Source: an uncultured Candidatus Saccharibacteria bacterium
GTDB taxonomy: Bacteria; Patescibacteriota; Dojkabacteria; J137
Direction: 5' to 3'
Length of the DNA stretch: 64,000 nt
Assembly (NCBI GenBank): GCA_964561155.1
Contig: CAZLOI010000001.1
Coordinates: 366,759 to 430,758 of the forward strand
Under the pieces are notes generated by a model. That model was not told the origin of the DNA. It saw only the letters and a program-made list of their open reading frames with translations, and searched no databases. Made by a program: the position numbers and the translations under genes. Shown in pieces: positions 1 through 9,745 of this stretch (position 1 is the first letter of the stretch; each line of letters starts with the position of its first letter).

Positions 1-986
1 CTAAAAGCGAAGAAGTGTCAATAAATGAAGATGCGCTTGCCTTGGTGTATAAGAAGTCTGGAGGTAGTTTTAGAGATTCAGAAAGTCTACTTGGAAAGAT
101 ACTAAACAGCACTGCTACAAAGGATATCTCGTTAGTAGATGTACAGAGTGTATTAGGAATGATATCAGAGTCTGAGCTAAGACAGTACCTAGAAATTCTT
201 ATAGCAGGGGATGTTATTAACTTCTTAAATACAGTGAATACTCAAATTGATTCTGGTTTAGACCTAGCATACTTAATAGAGCAATTGTTAGAGCAGGCAA
301 GGGATATTCTACTTGAAACATATACAACAGATAAACAGCGATACTTAAGGGTTACAAAGATAGTTAGCGCTTTAATTAAGGCAAAGAAAGATAGCAAGGA
401 GTTTACGGACAAGAAGTTGGTACTCGAGATATACCTTGCTGAACTAATGGAGGGTAATTCAGGTTCGAATCAGAAAGTAGAAAGTCCAAGAATGATCGAG
501 AAGCTTCCAGAAAGTATTAATCAACCTAACGTAGAGGTTAGAAACGATGTAGAAATAAAGAGTGAAGAAGTAAATGAATCTGAAGTATCTCTAGACTCAC
601 AAGACTCAGAATTAGAAGTTGAAATAGATCTTCAGCCTGTAGTATCTGTTCAGTCATACAGCCATGATTCATTCTGCGATATTCTATTTGAAACAAATAA
701 AGGACTTGCATCTTTCGTAGATGCTGGAAGAACAGTTTATAACGGAGAAACACTTACTATATTTGTTGAAGGAGCACTTAAGCACAGAAAATTGACTGAG
801 GCAGCTAGTCAAATATTAATTAGGCAAACACTAGCTAGAATGGGACTTGCAGTTAATGATATACTTGTAGTGATTGAAACTGGCATGGTGACCGACTCAC
901 CAGTAGTTTCAGAAACAGCTATAACTGAGGTTAAGGATTCAAGTAAAATAAACGATAACTCTACCTTGGTAGAAGGTCTTTTTTAA
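1..986 (+). CDS. dnaX: DNA polymerase III gamma/tau subunit, C-terminal part (5' end lies upstream of window)
   Basis: Frame is open to position 1. Motif ALALVYKKSGGSFRDSESLLGKIL matches clamp-loader DnaX domain III (E. coli ALQLLARAAEGSLRDALSLT). Followed by the conserved ybaB-recR neighbours. Long acidic low-complexity stretch in the C-terminal half. Confidence 0.7.
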   Translation, partial: KSEEVSINEDALALVYKKSGGSFRDSESLLGKILNSTATKDISLVDVQSVLGMISESELRQYLEILIAGDVINFLNTVNTQIDSGLDLAYLIEQLLEQARDILLETYTTDKQRYLRVTKIVSALIKAKKDSKEFTDKKLVLEIYLAELMEGNSGSNQKVESPRMIEKLPESINQPNVEVRNDVEIKSEEVNESEVSLDSQDSELEVEIDLQPVVSVQSYSHDSFCDILFETNKGLASFVDAGRTVYNGETLTIFVEGALKHRKLTEAASQILIRQTLARMGLAVNDILVVIETGMVTDSPVVSETAITEVKDSSKINDNSTLVEGLF

Positions 987-1002
987 ATATTAAACAACAA
1001 AT

Positions 1003-1317
1003 ATGGGAGTATTAGATATGGCAAGAATGGCAAGACAGGCCATGGCAGCAAGAAGTAAGATGTCAAAGATTAAGGCAGCAGGAAAGCATGGATCATTAGC
1101 TATGGCTATTGATGGTCTATACAACACAACAGACGTAGAGATCAACAAAGAAGAGCTAAGAGCAGAGCTAGGAGAAGTAGATGATAGGATGCTAGATAAG
1201 ATTATTAGAGTTTTTGAGAATAATATTCAAAAAGCTAGTGCTGATACTAAGAAGTCTCTTGAGAAAGAACTTGCAAAGAATACCAGCATGGATGATTTAA
1301 GAAGCATGCTTCAATAA
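1003..1317 (+). CDS. ybaB: YbaB/EbfC family nucleoid-associated protein
   Basis: 104 aa. Position between dnaX and recR is the conserved operon slot. Pattern MARQAMAARSKM...INKEEL...EVDDRMLDKIIRVFENNIQKA resembles the YbaB consensus (MKQAQKMQ...IDPSLL...EMLEDLI..A.NDA.KKA). Confidence 0.55.
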   Translation: MGVLDMARMARQAMAARSKMSKIKAAGKHGSLAMAIDGLYNTTDVEINKEELRAELGEVDDRMLDKIIRVFENNIQKASADTKKSLEKELAKNTSMDDLRSMLQ

Positions 1318-1322
1318 TAGGT

Positions 1323-1928
1323 ATGGCTTTTCCAAGAGAGATACAAGAACTCAGTGATTCCTTTTCCTCTTTACCAGGTATAGGTCCTAAGTTATCTAAC
1401 CGTATCTCTCTTTATCTTTCTGTAGGTGGAAAGAATCTAGCAAAGAAGATTCAAACAGACATCTCTAATATGATATCTCAGGTAAGGCTATGTAGCGTTT
1501 GTAATAACGTTGCTACTGAAGAAGTCTGTGAAATATGTTCAGATAGTGCTAGAGATAAGGGTAGGGTAGTTATAGTAGAAGACTCTATGGATCTTTATAA
1601 TATCGAATCTAGTGGGGCATACAAGGGCTTATATCACGTTATCGGAGGTCTTATTTCTCCAATAAATGGAGTTACTCCAGATAAGTTATTCATTTCTTCG
1701 TTATTGGAAAGAGTTCAGAAAGATCCATTAATTACAGAGATAATATTTGCTCTAAACCCTTCTGTAGAAGGAGAATCAACAACTATCTATATTAGAGAAG
1801 GGCTTTCGGAGATAAGAGCTTCTATAGAGATTACACAGCTAGCCAAGGGGATACCTTTTGGTTCAGATATTGAGTATATTTCTGGTCAGACTCTAAGAGA
1901 TAGTTTATTTAGTAGAAACAAAATCTGA
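1323..1928 (+). CDS. recR: recombination protein RecR
   Basis: HhH motif LPGIGPKLSNRI. C4 zinc finger CSVCNNVATEEVCEIC. Toprim-like region VVIVEDSMD. 201 aa. Confidence 0.9.
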   Translation: MAFPREIQELSDSFSSLPGIGPKLSNRISLYLSVGGKNLAKKIQTDISNMISQVRLCSVCNNVATEEVCEICSDSARDKGRVVIVEDSMDLYNIESSGAYKGLYHVIGGLISPINGVTPDKLFISSLLERVQKDPLITEIIFALNPSVEGESTTIYIREGLSEIRASIEITQLAKGIPFGSDIEYISGQTLRDSLFSRNKI

Positions 1929-1998
1929 TAGAGTTTTTAGTAACTTCCGGATTCCTCACTTTGTTAACGCTTTTCCCTTGTCCTATCAATATCTTTTA

Positions 1999-2006
1999 TG
2001 TATAAT
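1999..2006 (+). promoter_or_regulatory. candidate -10 element (TGTATAAT) upstream of rpsF-ssb-rpsR
   Basis: TATAAT hexamer preceded by TG, about 27 nt upstream of the rpsF ATG in an AT-rich intergenic region. No experimental support. Confidence 0.25.
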
Positions 2007-2032
2007 TCAATGATTGTTTTTAGGTTATATAT

Positions 2033-2323
2033 ATGCAGAAATATGAGTTAGCGATAGTCTTGAAGCCTCTAAGTAACGAGGAAGTGAAAGATAAATTCGT
2101 AAGTAAACTTGAAGCCTTAGTAAAAAAGCTTGAAGGAAATGTAGGAAAGTTTAATTACCTTGGTAAAAGGCTATTGGCTTATCCAATAAAGAAACAGAAG
2201 GAAGGATATTACCTTTTCTGTAAGTTAGAAGTATCAAGAAATTCAGTAAAGGAACTAGATGGTTTCTTAAATTCACACGCTGAAGTATTGAGATCTCTAA
2301 GAATGAAGGAAGACCAACTGTAA
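2033..2323 (+). CDS. rpsF: 30S ribosomal protein S6
   Basis: MQKYELAIVLKP...GKRLLAYPIKKQKEGYYL matches the S6 family (HYEIVFMV...GRRQLAYPINK). Conserved rpsF-ssb-rpsR order. Confidence 0.9.
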   Translation: MQKYELAIVLKPLSNEEVKDKFVSKLEALVKKLEGNVGKFNYLGKRLLAYPIKKQKEGYYLFCKLEVSRNSVKELDGFLNSHAEVLRSLRMKEDQL

Positions 2324-2348
2324 TATTAATTATTGTTAATTTAAGAGT

Positions 2349-2837
2349 ATGTCAAAGTCGAGATCATTAAACAAAGTAATGTTGATCGGTAACTTAACAA
2401 GAAGCCCAATGTTAAAAGAAACATCAAGCGGAGTACAAATTTGTTCTTTTGGAGTTGCTACAAACACTTCATGGAAGGATAAGGATGGAAATGTAAAAGA
2501 AAAGGCTGAATATCACAACTTAATCGCATTCAATAAATTAGCAGAGATCTGCTCAATGGTATTGGATATCGGTATGTTAGTATATGTAGAAGGTGAATTG
2601 AGAAATAGAGTAATGGAAGGTGATGATGGAAAGAAGCAGTACAGAAGTGAAATCAAACTAAACGATATGTACGTTCTAGACAGCAAGGGAAAGAAAGGTG
2701 TTGGTGTAGATGCAGCAAAGACAGCAGGAGCAAAGAGTGAGGATATGGATGTAGAAATTGATGCTCCAGCAAGTACAAATACAGCGCCAGTAGGACCTGT
2801 AGTTGAAGATGAATTTAAAAGCGAAGATTTATTTTAA
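2349..2837 (+). CDS. ssb: single-stranded DNA-binding protein
   Basis: OB-fold N-terminus (LNKVMLIGNLTRSPMLKETSSGVQICSFGVATN...YHNLIAFNKLAE). Gly- and acid-rich tail ending EDEFKSEDLF, typical of the SSB C-terminal tip. Sits between rpsF and rpsR. Confidence 0.9.
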   Translation: MSKSRSLNKVMLIGNLTRSPMLKETSSGVQICSFGVATNTSWKDKDGNVKEKAEYHNLIAFNKLAEICSMVLDIGMLVYVEGELRNRVMEGDDGKKQYRSEIKLNDMYVLDSKGKKGVGVDAAKTAGAKSEDMDVEIDAPASTNTAPVGPVVEDEFKSEDLF

Positions 2838-2855
2838 TAAACTGAAACCAAGAAT

Positions 2856-3101
2856 ATGGCATTTAAGAAAAAAATAAAAAAGAAGTATGTGCCACAAGCT
2901 AAGCTTTCTTGCCCATTTGATGGTGATCCAACAAGAATTGACTACAAGGATGTTTCTACACTAAAGAAATATGTATCAACTAGAGGAAGGATTTTACCTC
3001 CAGATAAGACTGGAATTTCATCAAAGTGTCAACGAAAGTTTGCCTTATCTGTAAAAAGAGCTAGGTACATTGCCCTTTTACCATTTGTACAATACGTCTA
3101 A
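2856..3101 (+). CDS. rpsR: 30S ribosomal protein S18
   Basis: [49 protein letters not shown] is a strong S18 signature. Confidence 0.9.
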   Translation: MAFKKKIKKKYVPQAKLSCPFDGDPTRIDYKDVSTLKKYVSTRGRILPPDKTGISSKCQRKFALSVKRARYIALLPFVQYV

Positions 3102-4354
3102 TGATCAAAGAAGAGATCGCAAAATTTGAGAGCGATGCTTCTCATAAAAATGGTGCTCCTATCTTGATTCTGCTAAGTTTTATAGTTGGAATCGGAGTAG
3201 GAGCTCTTCTTTTATCTATTTTTTCTAGTACATCAAACGTACTAAATTCATCACCAACAGTATCATCCGATCTTTCAGAGTATATAAACGAGCCTTATAT
3301 TGAGGAAGTTTTGAGTATATTTGAAGAGAGGTATCTAAATGAACTACCAAACAAAGATGAAGCAAGCTACGGTATTATTAAAGGCTTTATAACATCACTA
3401 GACGATAGATACACTAGTTTCCTAGATCCAGAAGAAGCAGATCAATATAGAGAGTCTAGAGACCCATCTTTTGATGGTATTGGTGTAACTTTAAGATATG
3501 AAGATGGATATACAACAGCAGAGACAGTTCTAAAAGGAAACCCAGCGGAAGCATCAGGAGTTCTCTCAGGAGATGTTGTTCTTGAAGTTGATGGCGAAGC
3601 TATGGATGAGAAGTTTCCAACATATGTTGCAAGCAAGATTAGAGGAGAAAGAGGTACGGAGGTCAAGTTAAAGCTATACAGAAAGTCTTCAGCAGAAGTG
3701 CTTGAGTTCACAATTAAAAGAGACAGGATAGAAACAACAAACATTTCATGGGTAGAACTTGAGAATGGAGTATTCCAGATATCTGTTGCTCAGTTTATCG
3801 ATGTATCTCCAGCAGCATTCAACGCTTCGTGGGACAAAGCAGTAGATGAAATTCTTGCAAAGAACCCAAACCCTACAGGTATTGTTATGGACCTTAGAGG
3901 TAACCCAGGTGGATACGTAGATAGCGTAAAGCATGTGACCGAAGAGTTCCTTTCAGATGACAAGGTTATGTTGATAGAAAACTCAAAAATCTACGGAAAG
4001 ATTGTCTACAAAGACAAAAGGGTAGGTAGATTAGAGAACATTCCTGTATCAGTGATTGTAAATGAGGGTAGTGCATCTGCATCAGAGATATTTGCTACAG
4101 CAATTCAAGAAAATGGTAGAGGAAAAGTGGTTGGAAAACCAACAGTTGGAAAGGGAGTAGAACAGGAGGTTAATGATAGTTTCGAAGATGGAAGTATCTT
4201 GGTTCTTGTATTTCAGGAATGGTTAACTCCAAAAGAGAATAGAATATCTGAAGAGAATCCTGTTAAACCAGACTTCGAAGTAGAGTATTCTGAAGAAGAT
4301 TATAGTGCAGGAAATGATACACAGCTAAATAAGGCTGTAGAGGTATTAAACTAA
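3101..4354 (+). CDS. C-terminal processing (tail-specific) peptidase, S41 family, with N-terminal membrane anchor and PDZ domain
   Basis: TM helix near residues 20-40. PDZ-like GNPAEASGVLSGDVVLEVDG. S41 signature MDLRGNPGGYVDSV. Catalytic region GSASASEIFA. Confidence 0.8.
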   Translation: MIKEEIAKFESDASHKNGAPILILLSFIVGIGVGALLLSIFSSTSNVLNSSPTVSSDLSEYINEPYIEEVLSIFEERYLNELPNKDEASYGIIKGFITSLDDRYTSFLDPEEADQYRESRDPSFDGIGVTLRYEDGYTTAETVLKGNPAEASGVLSGDVVLEVDGEAMDEKFPTYVASKIRGERGTEVKLKLYRKSSAEVLEFTIKRDRIETTNISWVELENGVFQISVAQFIDVSPAAFNASWDKAVDEILAKNPNPTGIVMDLRGNPGGYVDSVKHVTEEFLSDDKVMLIENSKIYGKIVYKDKRVGRLENIPVSVIVNEGSASASEIFATAIQENGRGKVVGKPTVGKGVEQEVNDSFEDGSILVLVFQEWLTPKENRISEENPVKPDFEVEYSEEDYSAGNDTQLNKAVEVLN

Positions 4355-4361
4355 CCAAAGA

Positions 4362-5459
4362 TTATTCTTCATCCTCATCAACATCACTTCCAACAGTACC
4401 AGCCCTCATTCCTTTCTGAGTTTCAATTATAATATCCTCAATAAGTCCTTCCATTACCTCTTCTATATTGAACCAAGACTTATGTATTCTATGGTCGGTA
4501 ATCCTTGATTGAGGGAAATTAAAGGTTCTAACTTTCGATGAACGTTCTGAGTTAGCTACTGCTTCCTGTTTTATTTCTTTAGCTGCTGTAGATCTCTTTT
4601 CAATTTCTAAGTCCTTTAGTTTACTTGCAAGCACACTCATAGCAAGGTCTTTATTCTTATGTTGCGATTTACCTTGTTGGCTTGTTACGATAATACCAGT
4701 AGGGATATGAAGAATCCTAACAGCAGAGTCTGTTGTATTAACAGATTGTCCACCTGGACCACTAGATCTATATACATCAATTCTAATGTCATTTGGGTTT
4801 ATACTGACGTCTTTGTATTCGAACTGAGGTAACACCGCAACTGTAACTGTAGAGGTATGTATGCGCCCCAGAGCCTCAGTTTTGGGTACTCTTTGAACCC
4901 TATGGACTCCGCTTTCAAATCTAAAGGATGCGTATGAACCAGCTTCATCAACTAGAAAGATAGCTTCTTGAATACCACCTTCTTGCTTCTGTTCCAATGA
5001 AAGTACTTCTACATTGTATTTCTTCGCAGCACAGTACTTGATATATACCTTGTACAGCTCCTCTGCAAAGAGAGCTGCTTCTATACCTCCAACACCTGGT
5101 CGAATTTCAAAGATAGCTTTCTTCTCATCGTTTTCCAAAGGAGTAGCTGTATATAGTTCCAACTTTGTCATAAGGTCCGTTAACTTTACTTCTATCTGGT
5201 CATTCTCTTCCTTGGCATCTGCTCCAAAGTCAGCATCCTGCATTAATTCCTGATTCCCATCGAACTGGCTTACCAGAGAACTAATCTCAGAATATAGTGT
5301 TAGTATTTCGTTAGTTCGTGTGAGTTCCTTATAGATACCAATACTCTCAGGAGAGTTATAATCACTGATGCTATTAGTTTTTTCGTTTAAAAGGTCTTTC
5401 TGTTCTTGGAACTTTTGAATATCAATACCCTCTAATTTTGCTTTTATTTCATCTATCAT
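4362..5459 (-). CDS. prfA: peptide chain release factor 1
   Basis: GGQ motif (SGPGGQSVNTTDSAVRILHIPTGIIV). RF1-type PxT region (VPKTEALGRIHTSTVTVAVLPQ). 365 aa. Confidence 0.9.
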   Translation of the reverse strand: MIDEIKAKLEGIDIQKFQEQKDLLNEKTNSISDYNSPESIGIYKELTRTNEILTLYSEISSLVSQFDGNQELMQDADFGADAKEENDQIEVKLTDLMTKLELYTATPLENDEKKAIFEIRPGVGGIEAALFAEELYKVYIKYCAAKKYNVEVLSLEQKQEGGIQEAIFLVDEAGSYASFRFESGVHRVQRVPKTEALGRIHTSTVTVAVLPQFEYKDVSINPNDIRIDVYRSSGPGGQSVNTTDSAVRILHIPTGIIVTSQQGKSQHKNKDLAMSVLASKLKDLEIEKRSTAAKEIKQEAVANSERSSKVRTFNFPQSRITDHRIHKSWFNIEEVMEGLIEDIIIETQKGMRAGTVGSDVDEDEE

Positions 5460-5533
5460 GCTTTTATTATAATCAAATATATATAAAAATACCTATGGAA
5501 TATCCATAGGTATTAAAATGCAGGGTAGAGTAT

Positions 5534-5842
5534 CTACTTAATGTTCATCAACATGTCCTTTAGAGACATACCTGTTGATTCCTTCTTAGCAATCTGCTTC
5601 TTTTCCTTCTTCTTTACTAGATTAGCAGACATTTCAGCAGCCTTAGCCTTTCTTTCATTGAACTTACCAACTAAGTCGTCTCTGTCTACAATAATGTCCT
5701 TTCCTGTATAGAAAGGGTGGCAGTTGCTGCATAGCTCAACCTTTAAATCTTCAGATGTAGATCCTAAGTGTCTTACTAAACCACAACTTGAGCAAGTCAC
5801 TGTTGACTCTGCGTTGTATTTTGGGTGTATTGATTTTTTCAT
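5534..5842 (-). CDS. rpmE: 50S ribosomal protein L31 (zinc-ribbon type) with extended basic C-terminus
   Basis: MKKSIHPKY start. CxxC...CxxCH pattern (CSSCG...CSNCHPFYTGK). Confidence 0.85.
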   Translation of the reverse strand: MKKSIHPKYNAESTVTCSSCGLVRHLGSTSEDLKVELCSNCHPFYTGKDIIVDRDDLVGKFNERKAKAAEMSANLVKKKEKKQIAKKESTGMSLKDMLMNIK

Positions 5843-5931
5843 AACCTTTTATATCCTATATAATGCTTTTAGTGTGCTAGAATTATATCTGTTAATATCG
5901 AAATAGTAAAGCTAAATTTTATATACCACTT

Positions 5932-6444
5932 ATGCAAATCAAGCTATCCGGAGGTCAACTTCTAATCGAAAATGTAAATGGCGACACTGCCACTGTCTCT
6001 CTAGATGAATCTATCAAGATTGAGATAGGTACAGAGACAATATCTAAGCCAGGAGAATACGAATACAAAAACATCGCTGTTAAGGCTAAGGACATGGGGT
6101 TAACTAAGTTAGCTAAAATAAATATATTGACTATAACTGTTGACGGATTCTCAGTACAGGTAATTCCTTCTACAAATGGACTGAAGGCAGATTTTGAGAA
6201 AGAACTAGAGGTTTCAGATCTATTATTCATGACTTCGGAGACTGGAGATGCAAAGAATATTGCAAATATTACAGATCCATACATTGTATTCACCGGTAAA
6301 CTAGGAGAGCTTAAGAGAATCGATGATGATGGCTTAAAGGCTATTTCACCTAATGTTCAGACAGCTAAAAATATAAAACTAAAAGAAGGTGAACTAGATT
6401 CAACAGCTGAAACTAGAGCGCTAAGCATATTCATAATTGAATAA
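5932..6444 (+). CDS. hypothetical protein, translationally coupled to dnaB (8-nt overlap)
   Basis: 170-aa ORF with no recognisable motifs. Occupies the position where rplI (L9) usually precedes the replicative helicase gene, but does not resemble L9. Confidence 0.5.
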   Translation: MQIKLSGGQLLIENVNGDTATVSLDESIKIEIGTETISKPGEYEYKNIAVKAKDMGLTKLAKINILTITVDGFSVQVIPSTNGLKADFEKELEVSDLLFMTSETGDAKNIANITDPYIVFTGKLGELKRIDDDGLKAISPNVQTAKNIKLKEGELDSTAETRALSIFIIE

Positions 6445-7780
6445 GATGAGCAAAGATAATCTTCCATTTAACCTCGAAGCCGAGAAGGCAGTGATAGGGT
6501 GTATTCTTATTGATAACGACAATATTATGAAGGTCGTTGATAAGATAAAGCCTGATCATTTCTACGATCCTAGAAACTTTCAGATATACGACACAATCAT
6601 AATGCTTCATAGCGGAGGAAAGGCAGTTGATCTTTTAACCCTTAACACAGAACTTGCTAAGAAAGGTAAGAAAGGAACTGAGCCTGCTTATATTTCAGAT
6701 ATTATAGATTCAGTCCCTGCTGTATCCAACGTAGAAGAGTATGCAATGATTGTACGAGAGAATGCTATCCGAAGATTCCTAATGAGATTGGGAGGTGACA
6801 TGGAGAGTAAGTCTAGGAACTTTGATAATGAGGTAGAGAGAGTTATAGACGAAGTAGAAAAGGATCTATTTAATATCTCAGAGAACTCAACTACTAGTGA
6901 TCTATACAACGCAGCAACCCTACTTGAGATGCAGATGAAAAGAGCAGATGAGTATGCAAAGAACCCTAATGCTATGCGAGGTATTCCAACTGGAATATCA
7001 ACACTAGATCATATTTTAAACGGTCTTCATAATTCAGACTTAATAATACTAGCCGCACGTCCCAGCGTTGGTAAATCAGCATTTGCTATAGATATAAGCA
7101 GGCACATAGGTGTACATGAAAAAAAGACTGTTTGTATATTCAGTCTCGAGATGCCTGCTATACAGGTCATGGACAGAATATTGGCTCAGCAAACAGGGAT
7201 TAGTATGTGGAATATAAAAACTGGAACTATGACTAAAGACGACTACAAGAAGTATTCCGTAGGTATTGGAAAGATATCAGAATCGAAACTTTTTATAGAT
7301 GAGACTCCAGGACTTAGTGCTATGCAACTTCGAAGTAAGGCGAGAAAGGTAAAGATGCAGCATGGTTTAGATTTAATCATTGTTGACTATTTACAGCTAA
7401 TGCAGGGTTCAGGTAGGACTGGAGACAACAGAGCACTTGAGATTGCGGAGATTTCAAGATCATTAAAGATTCTTGCTAGAGAGTTAAACATTCCTATAGT
7501 TGCACTTTCTCAGTTAAACAGAGCAGTGGAGAACAGACCAGACAAGACACCACAGTTATCTGACCTAAGAGAATCAGGTTCCATTGAACAAGATGCTGAC
7601 TTGGTTATGTTCTTAGGTAGAGATATTAATGAAGAACTTAGTGAAGAGAAGAGTTCTGACTATGGAGAGACTTTCTCAAAGGTTGATGTAATTATCGCCA
7701 AGCATAGAAATGGACCAGTTGGAAAGATTAAACTAAGATTTGATGGTGCAAAACAAAAGTTCTACGATCTAGTCGATTAA
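6437..7780 (+). CDS. dnaB: replicative DNA helicase DnaB
   Basis: N-terminal DnaB domain (FNLEAEKAVIGCILID). Walker A LAARPSVGKSAF. Walker B IIVDYLQLM. RecA-like core. 447 aa. Confidence 0.92.
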   Translation: MNKMSKDNLPFNLEAEKAVIGCILIDNDNIMKVVDKIKPDHFYDPRNFQIYDTIIMLHSGGKAVDLLTLNTELAKKGKKGTEPAYISDIIDSVPAVSNVEEYAMIVRENAIRRFLMRLGGDMESKSRNFDNEVERVIDEVEKDLFNISENSTTSDLYNAATLLEMQMKRADEYAKNPNAMRGIPTGISTLDHILNGLHNSDLIILAARPSVGKSAFAIDISRHIGVHEKKTVCIFSLEMPAIQVMDRILAQQTGISMWNIKTGTMTKDDYKKYSVGIGKISESKLFIDETPGLSAMQLRSKARKVKMQHGLDLIIVDYLQLMQGSGRTGDNRALEIAEISRSLKILARELNIPIVALSQLNRAVENRPDKTPQLSDLRESGSIEQDADLVMFLGRDINEELSEEKSSDYGETFSKVDVIIAKHRNGPVGKIKLRFDGAKQKFYDLVD

Positions 7781-7802
7781 TATTGTATAATCCTAATTAC
7801 TT

Positions 7803-7888
7803 GCCGAAGTGGTGGAACTGGTAGACACGTCAGACTCAAAATCTGGTGAAGCTCAAACTTCGTGAGGGTTCGAGTCCCTCCTTCGGTA
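7803..7888 (+). tRNA. tRNA-Leu (anticodon CAA)
   Basis: Cloverleaf folded by hand. Acceptor GCCGAAG/CTTCGGT(+A). Anticodon stem TCAGA/TCTGG with loop CTCAAAA. Long variable arm. T-arm GAGGGTTCGAGTCCCTC. 86 nt. Confidence 0.85.
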
Positions 7889-7962
7889 TAAATTACTATA
7901 TTCCTCCTTGCACTTTAACCCCTTATTTAATATCATTATGCATATCTATTGACCTATAAACT

Positions 7963-8598
7963 ATGGAAGATTTCATATCATCGATCTTAAATTCTACAGT
8001 CGATTTTAATCAGCTAGGCACTATTATTTTAATATGGATATTAGCTCTATGGGCTGTTTTCTGTGTATGGGTATTTACTGATGCAAATAAAAGATACAAA
8101 AATAGAAGATGGGGATTATTCTGGTTTATAGCTGTATTGATTATAAACTTCCCAGCCCTAGTTCTATATTTCATTGTTAGACCTGAGAATGAAGAGAATC
8201 ATGTCATATACCTTGCTAACGAAGGATCAAATACTCCAGGTGGTATCAACGTCCCTCTTATCAACTTCACAGGGGAAGATGGTATTGTTCAACTTTCATT
8301 GTCATTGAGTCTAAATAAAAATATTGGTGAGAATGTTCAATTCGACCTAAAAGTAAATGATACAGACAAGTATAAAGTACAGGAAAGAGAAGTAAGTGTA
8401 GAGGTAGAGACAAAAGAAGTTGAAGCAAAGGACTTGTCAGGTAATAAAACAGATGCACCTGTAGTAGAGCGAAAGATCACAGTATCAAAACTTAAGAACA
8501 AGGCTCAGTCCCTCAAGAATTCTTTCAAAGCTAAGCTTAAAGCTAGGAAGCAAGCTAAGCTTAATGATGAATCACCTACAGAAGAGAAATCAAACTAA
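7963..8598 (+). CDS. membrane protein with PLDc_N-like (YxlE-like) N-terminal two-helix domain and Lys-rich C-terminal tail
   Basis: LIWILALWAVFCVWVFTDANKRYKNRRWGLFWFIAVLIINFPALVLYFIV matches the small phospholipase-D N-terminal membrane domain pattern. The C-terminal half is charged and coiled-coil-like. Confidence 0.5.
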   Translation: MEDFISSILNSTVDFNQLGTIILIWILALWAVFCVWVFTDANKRYKNRRWGLFWFIAVLIINFPALVLYFIVRPENEENHVIYLANEGSNTPGGINVPLINFTGEDGIVQLSLSLSLNKNIGENVQFDLKVNDTDKYKVQEREVSVEVETKEVEAKDLSGNKTDAPVVERKITVSKLKNKAQSLKNSFKAKLKARKQAKLNDESPTEEKSN

Positions 8599-9734
8599 TG
8601 GATAAGAATATACAGAGTCTTTTTAACAAGGTAAAGAGGCGCGTATTAAAAAACAGAAAGAAGTTTGAGCTCCGAACATTCCTGCAAGACTTCTTCTTTA
8701 TCATCTATAGAACACTATCATCTGCAAGATTACCACTTATAATATTAGGTTTTGTAACCCTATTCATAGTTCTTTTCTTCTTCATTAAATATCTACTAAT
8801 TGCTCCTGTGAGTCTTGAGTATGATTCAGGGATTGAAGAGACGGTACTTAAAACATACGATTCCAATATCAATACAATCTTTATAGTAATGGATGATCGA
8901 GAGAGTGGCTATAAATTCATCAACACAATGAATGTAGTATTACTAGATAATGTCTCGAGAAGAGTTTCCAGTGTGTCAATTAGCCCAGATATGATTGTAC
9001 AACTTAACAAGGAGAGTATTCCAATTAGAAACCTATACAACTTCTTAGATGGATCAAGCATTCAAAGAGTAACAAATCTAATGGAGGTAGTTTCAGATTA
9101 CCTAGCAATTAGACTAGATAGATATTACATAGTTAACCTAAGCGACTTGGCAGTAATGGAATCAAATGCTGGGTTCTCCGCTACAGATCTAAGTGCTTAC
9201 ATCAACTACTTCAAGAACCCAATAAACTACCTAAAAGCAATTATTAACTTCGATGCATTTAAGTATGCGTTTAGAACAGATTTAAACAGGGTAGAGTATA
9301 CGAACTTAATAAACTCATTCGCTAACTTTGATATTCTAAACGGAACAATTGGTAAATCACAGGGTACTGTAGAGGGAGATAACATTATTCCAGATTTCCA
9401 GAAACTCGATTCCTCCCTATACCTCTTATTGAGGAATATAGACCTTTTAAAGGAGCAGGTTCGAATAGAGATCTATAATGCCACTCCGATCCAAGGAGCG
9501 GCTAATAAGGTCGCTAGGGCCCTAAAAGTACATGGTATGGATGTCATCAAGACTGGTAATTATCCAGAAGAAGTAGAAGAAACAAGTATCTATATTGCTG
9601 GAAACAAGAACCAGTTGATTGCAAACTACACGGAGATCCAAAGGTTGTTTAGAGGCGAGATCGTAGAGCTAAAGGAATACAAGTACAACTTCTCAGGAGA
9701 TATAATCCTGATAATTGGTTCAGACTACGAGTAA
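8598..9734 (+). CDS. LytR-CpsA-Psr (LCP) family protein
   Basis: Single N-terminal TM. LCP-like core (TIFIVMDDRESGYKFINTMNVVLLD...VSSVSISPDMIV). LytR_C-like C-terminal domain (IEIYNATPIQGAANKVARALKVHGMDVIKTGNY). Confidence 0.55.
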   Translation: MDKNIQSLFNKVKRRVLKNRKKFELRTFLQDFFFIIYRTLSSARLPLIILGFVTLFIVLFFFIKYLLIAPVSLEYDSGIEETVLKTYDSNINTIFIVMDDRESGYKFINTMNVVLLDNVSRRVSSVSISPDMIVQLNKESIPIRNLYNFLDGSSIQRVTNLMEVVSDYLAIRLDRYYIVNLSDLAVMESNAGFSATDLSAYINYFKNPINYLKAIINFDAFKYAFRTDLNRVEYTNLINSFANFDILNGTIGKSQGTVEGDNIIPDFQKLDSSLYLLLRNIDLLKEQVRIEIYNATPIQGAANKVARALKVHGMDVIKTGNYPEEVEETSIYIAGNKNQLIANYTEIQRLFRGEIVELKEYKYNFSGDIILIIGSDYE

Positions 9735-9745
9735 TCATCTATCCT

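Noticed and set aside
5932-6444. Ribosomal protein L9 (rplI) identity for the gene preceding dnaB
   Set aside because: The position fits rplI, but the sequence lacks the L9 N-domain signature and overall length and pattern. It is kept as a hypothetical protein.
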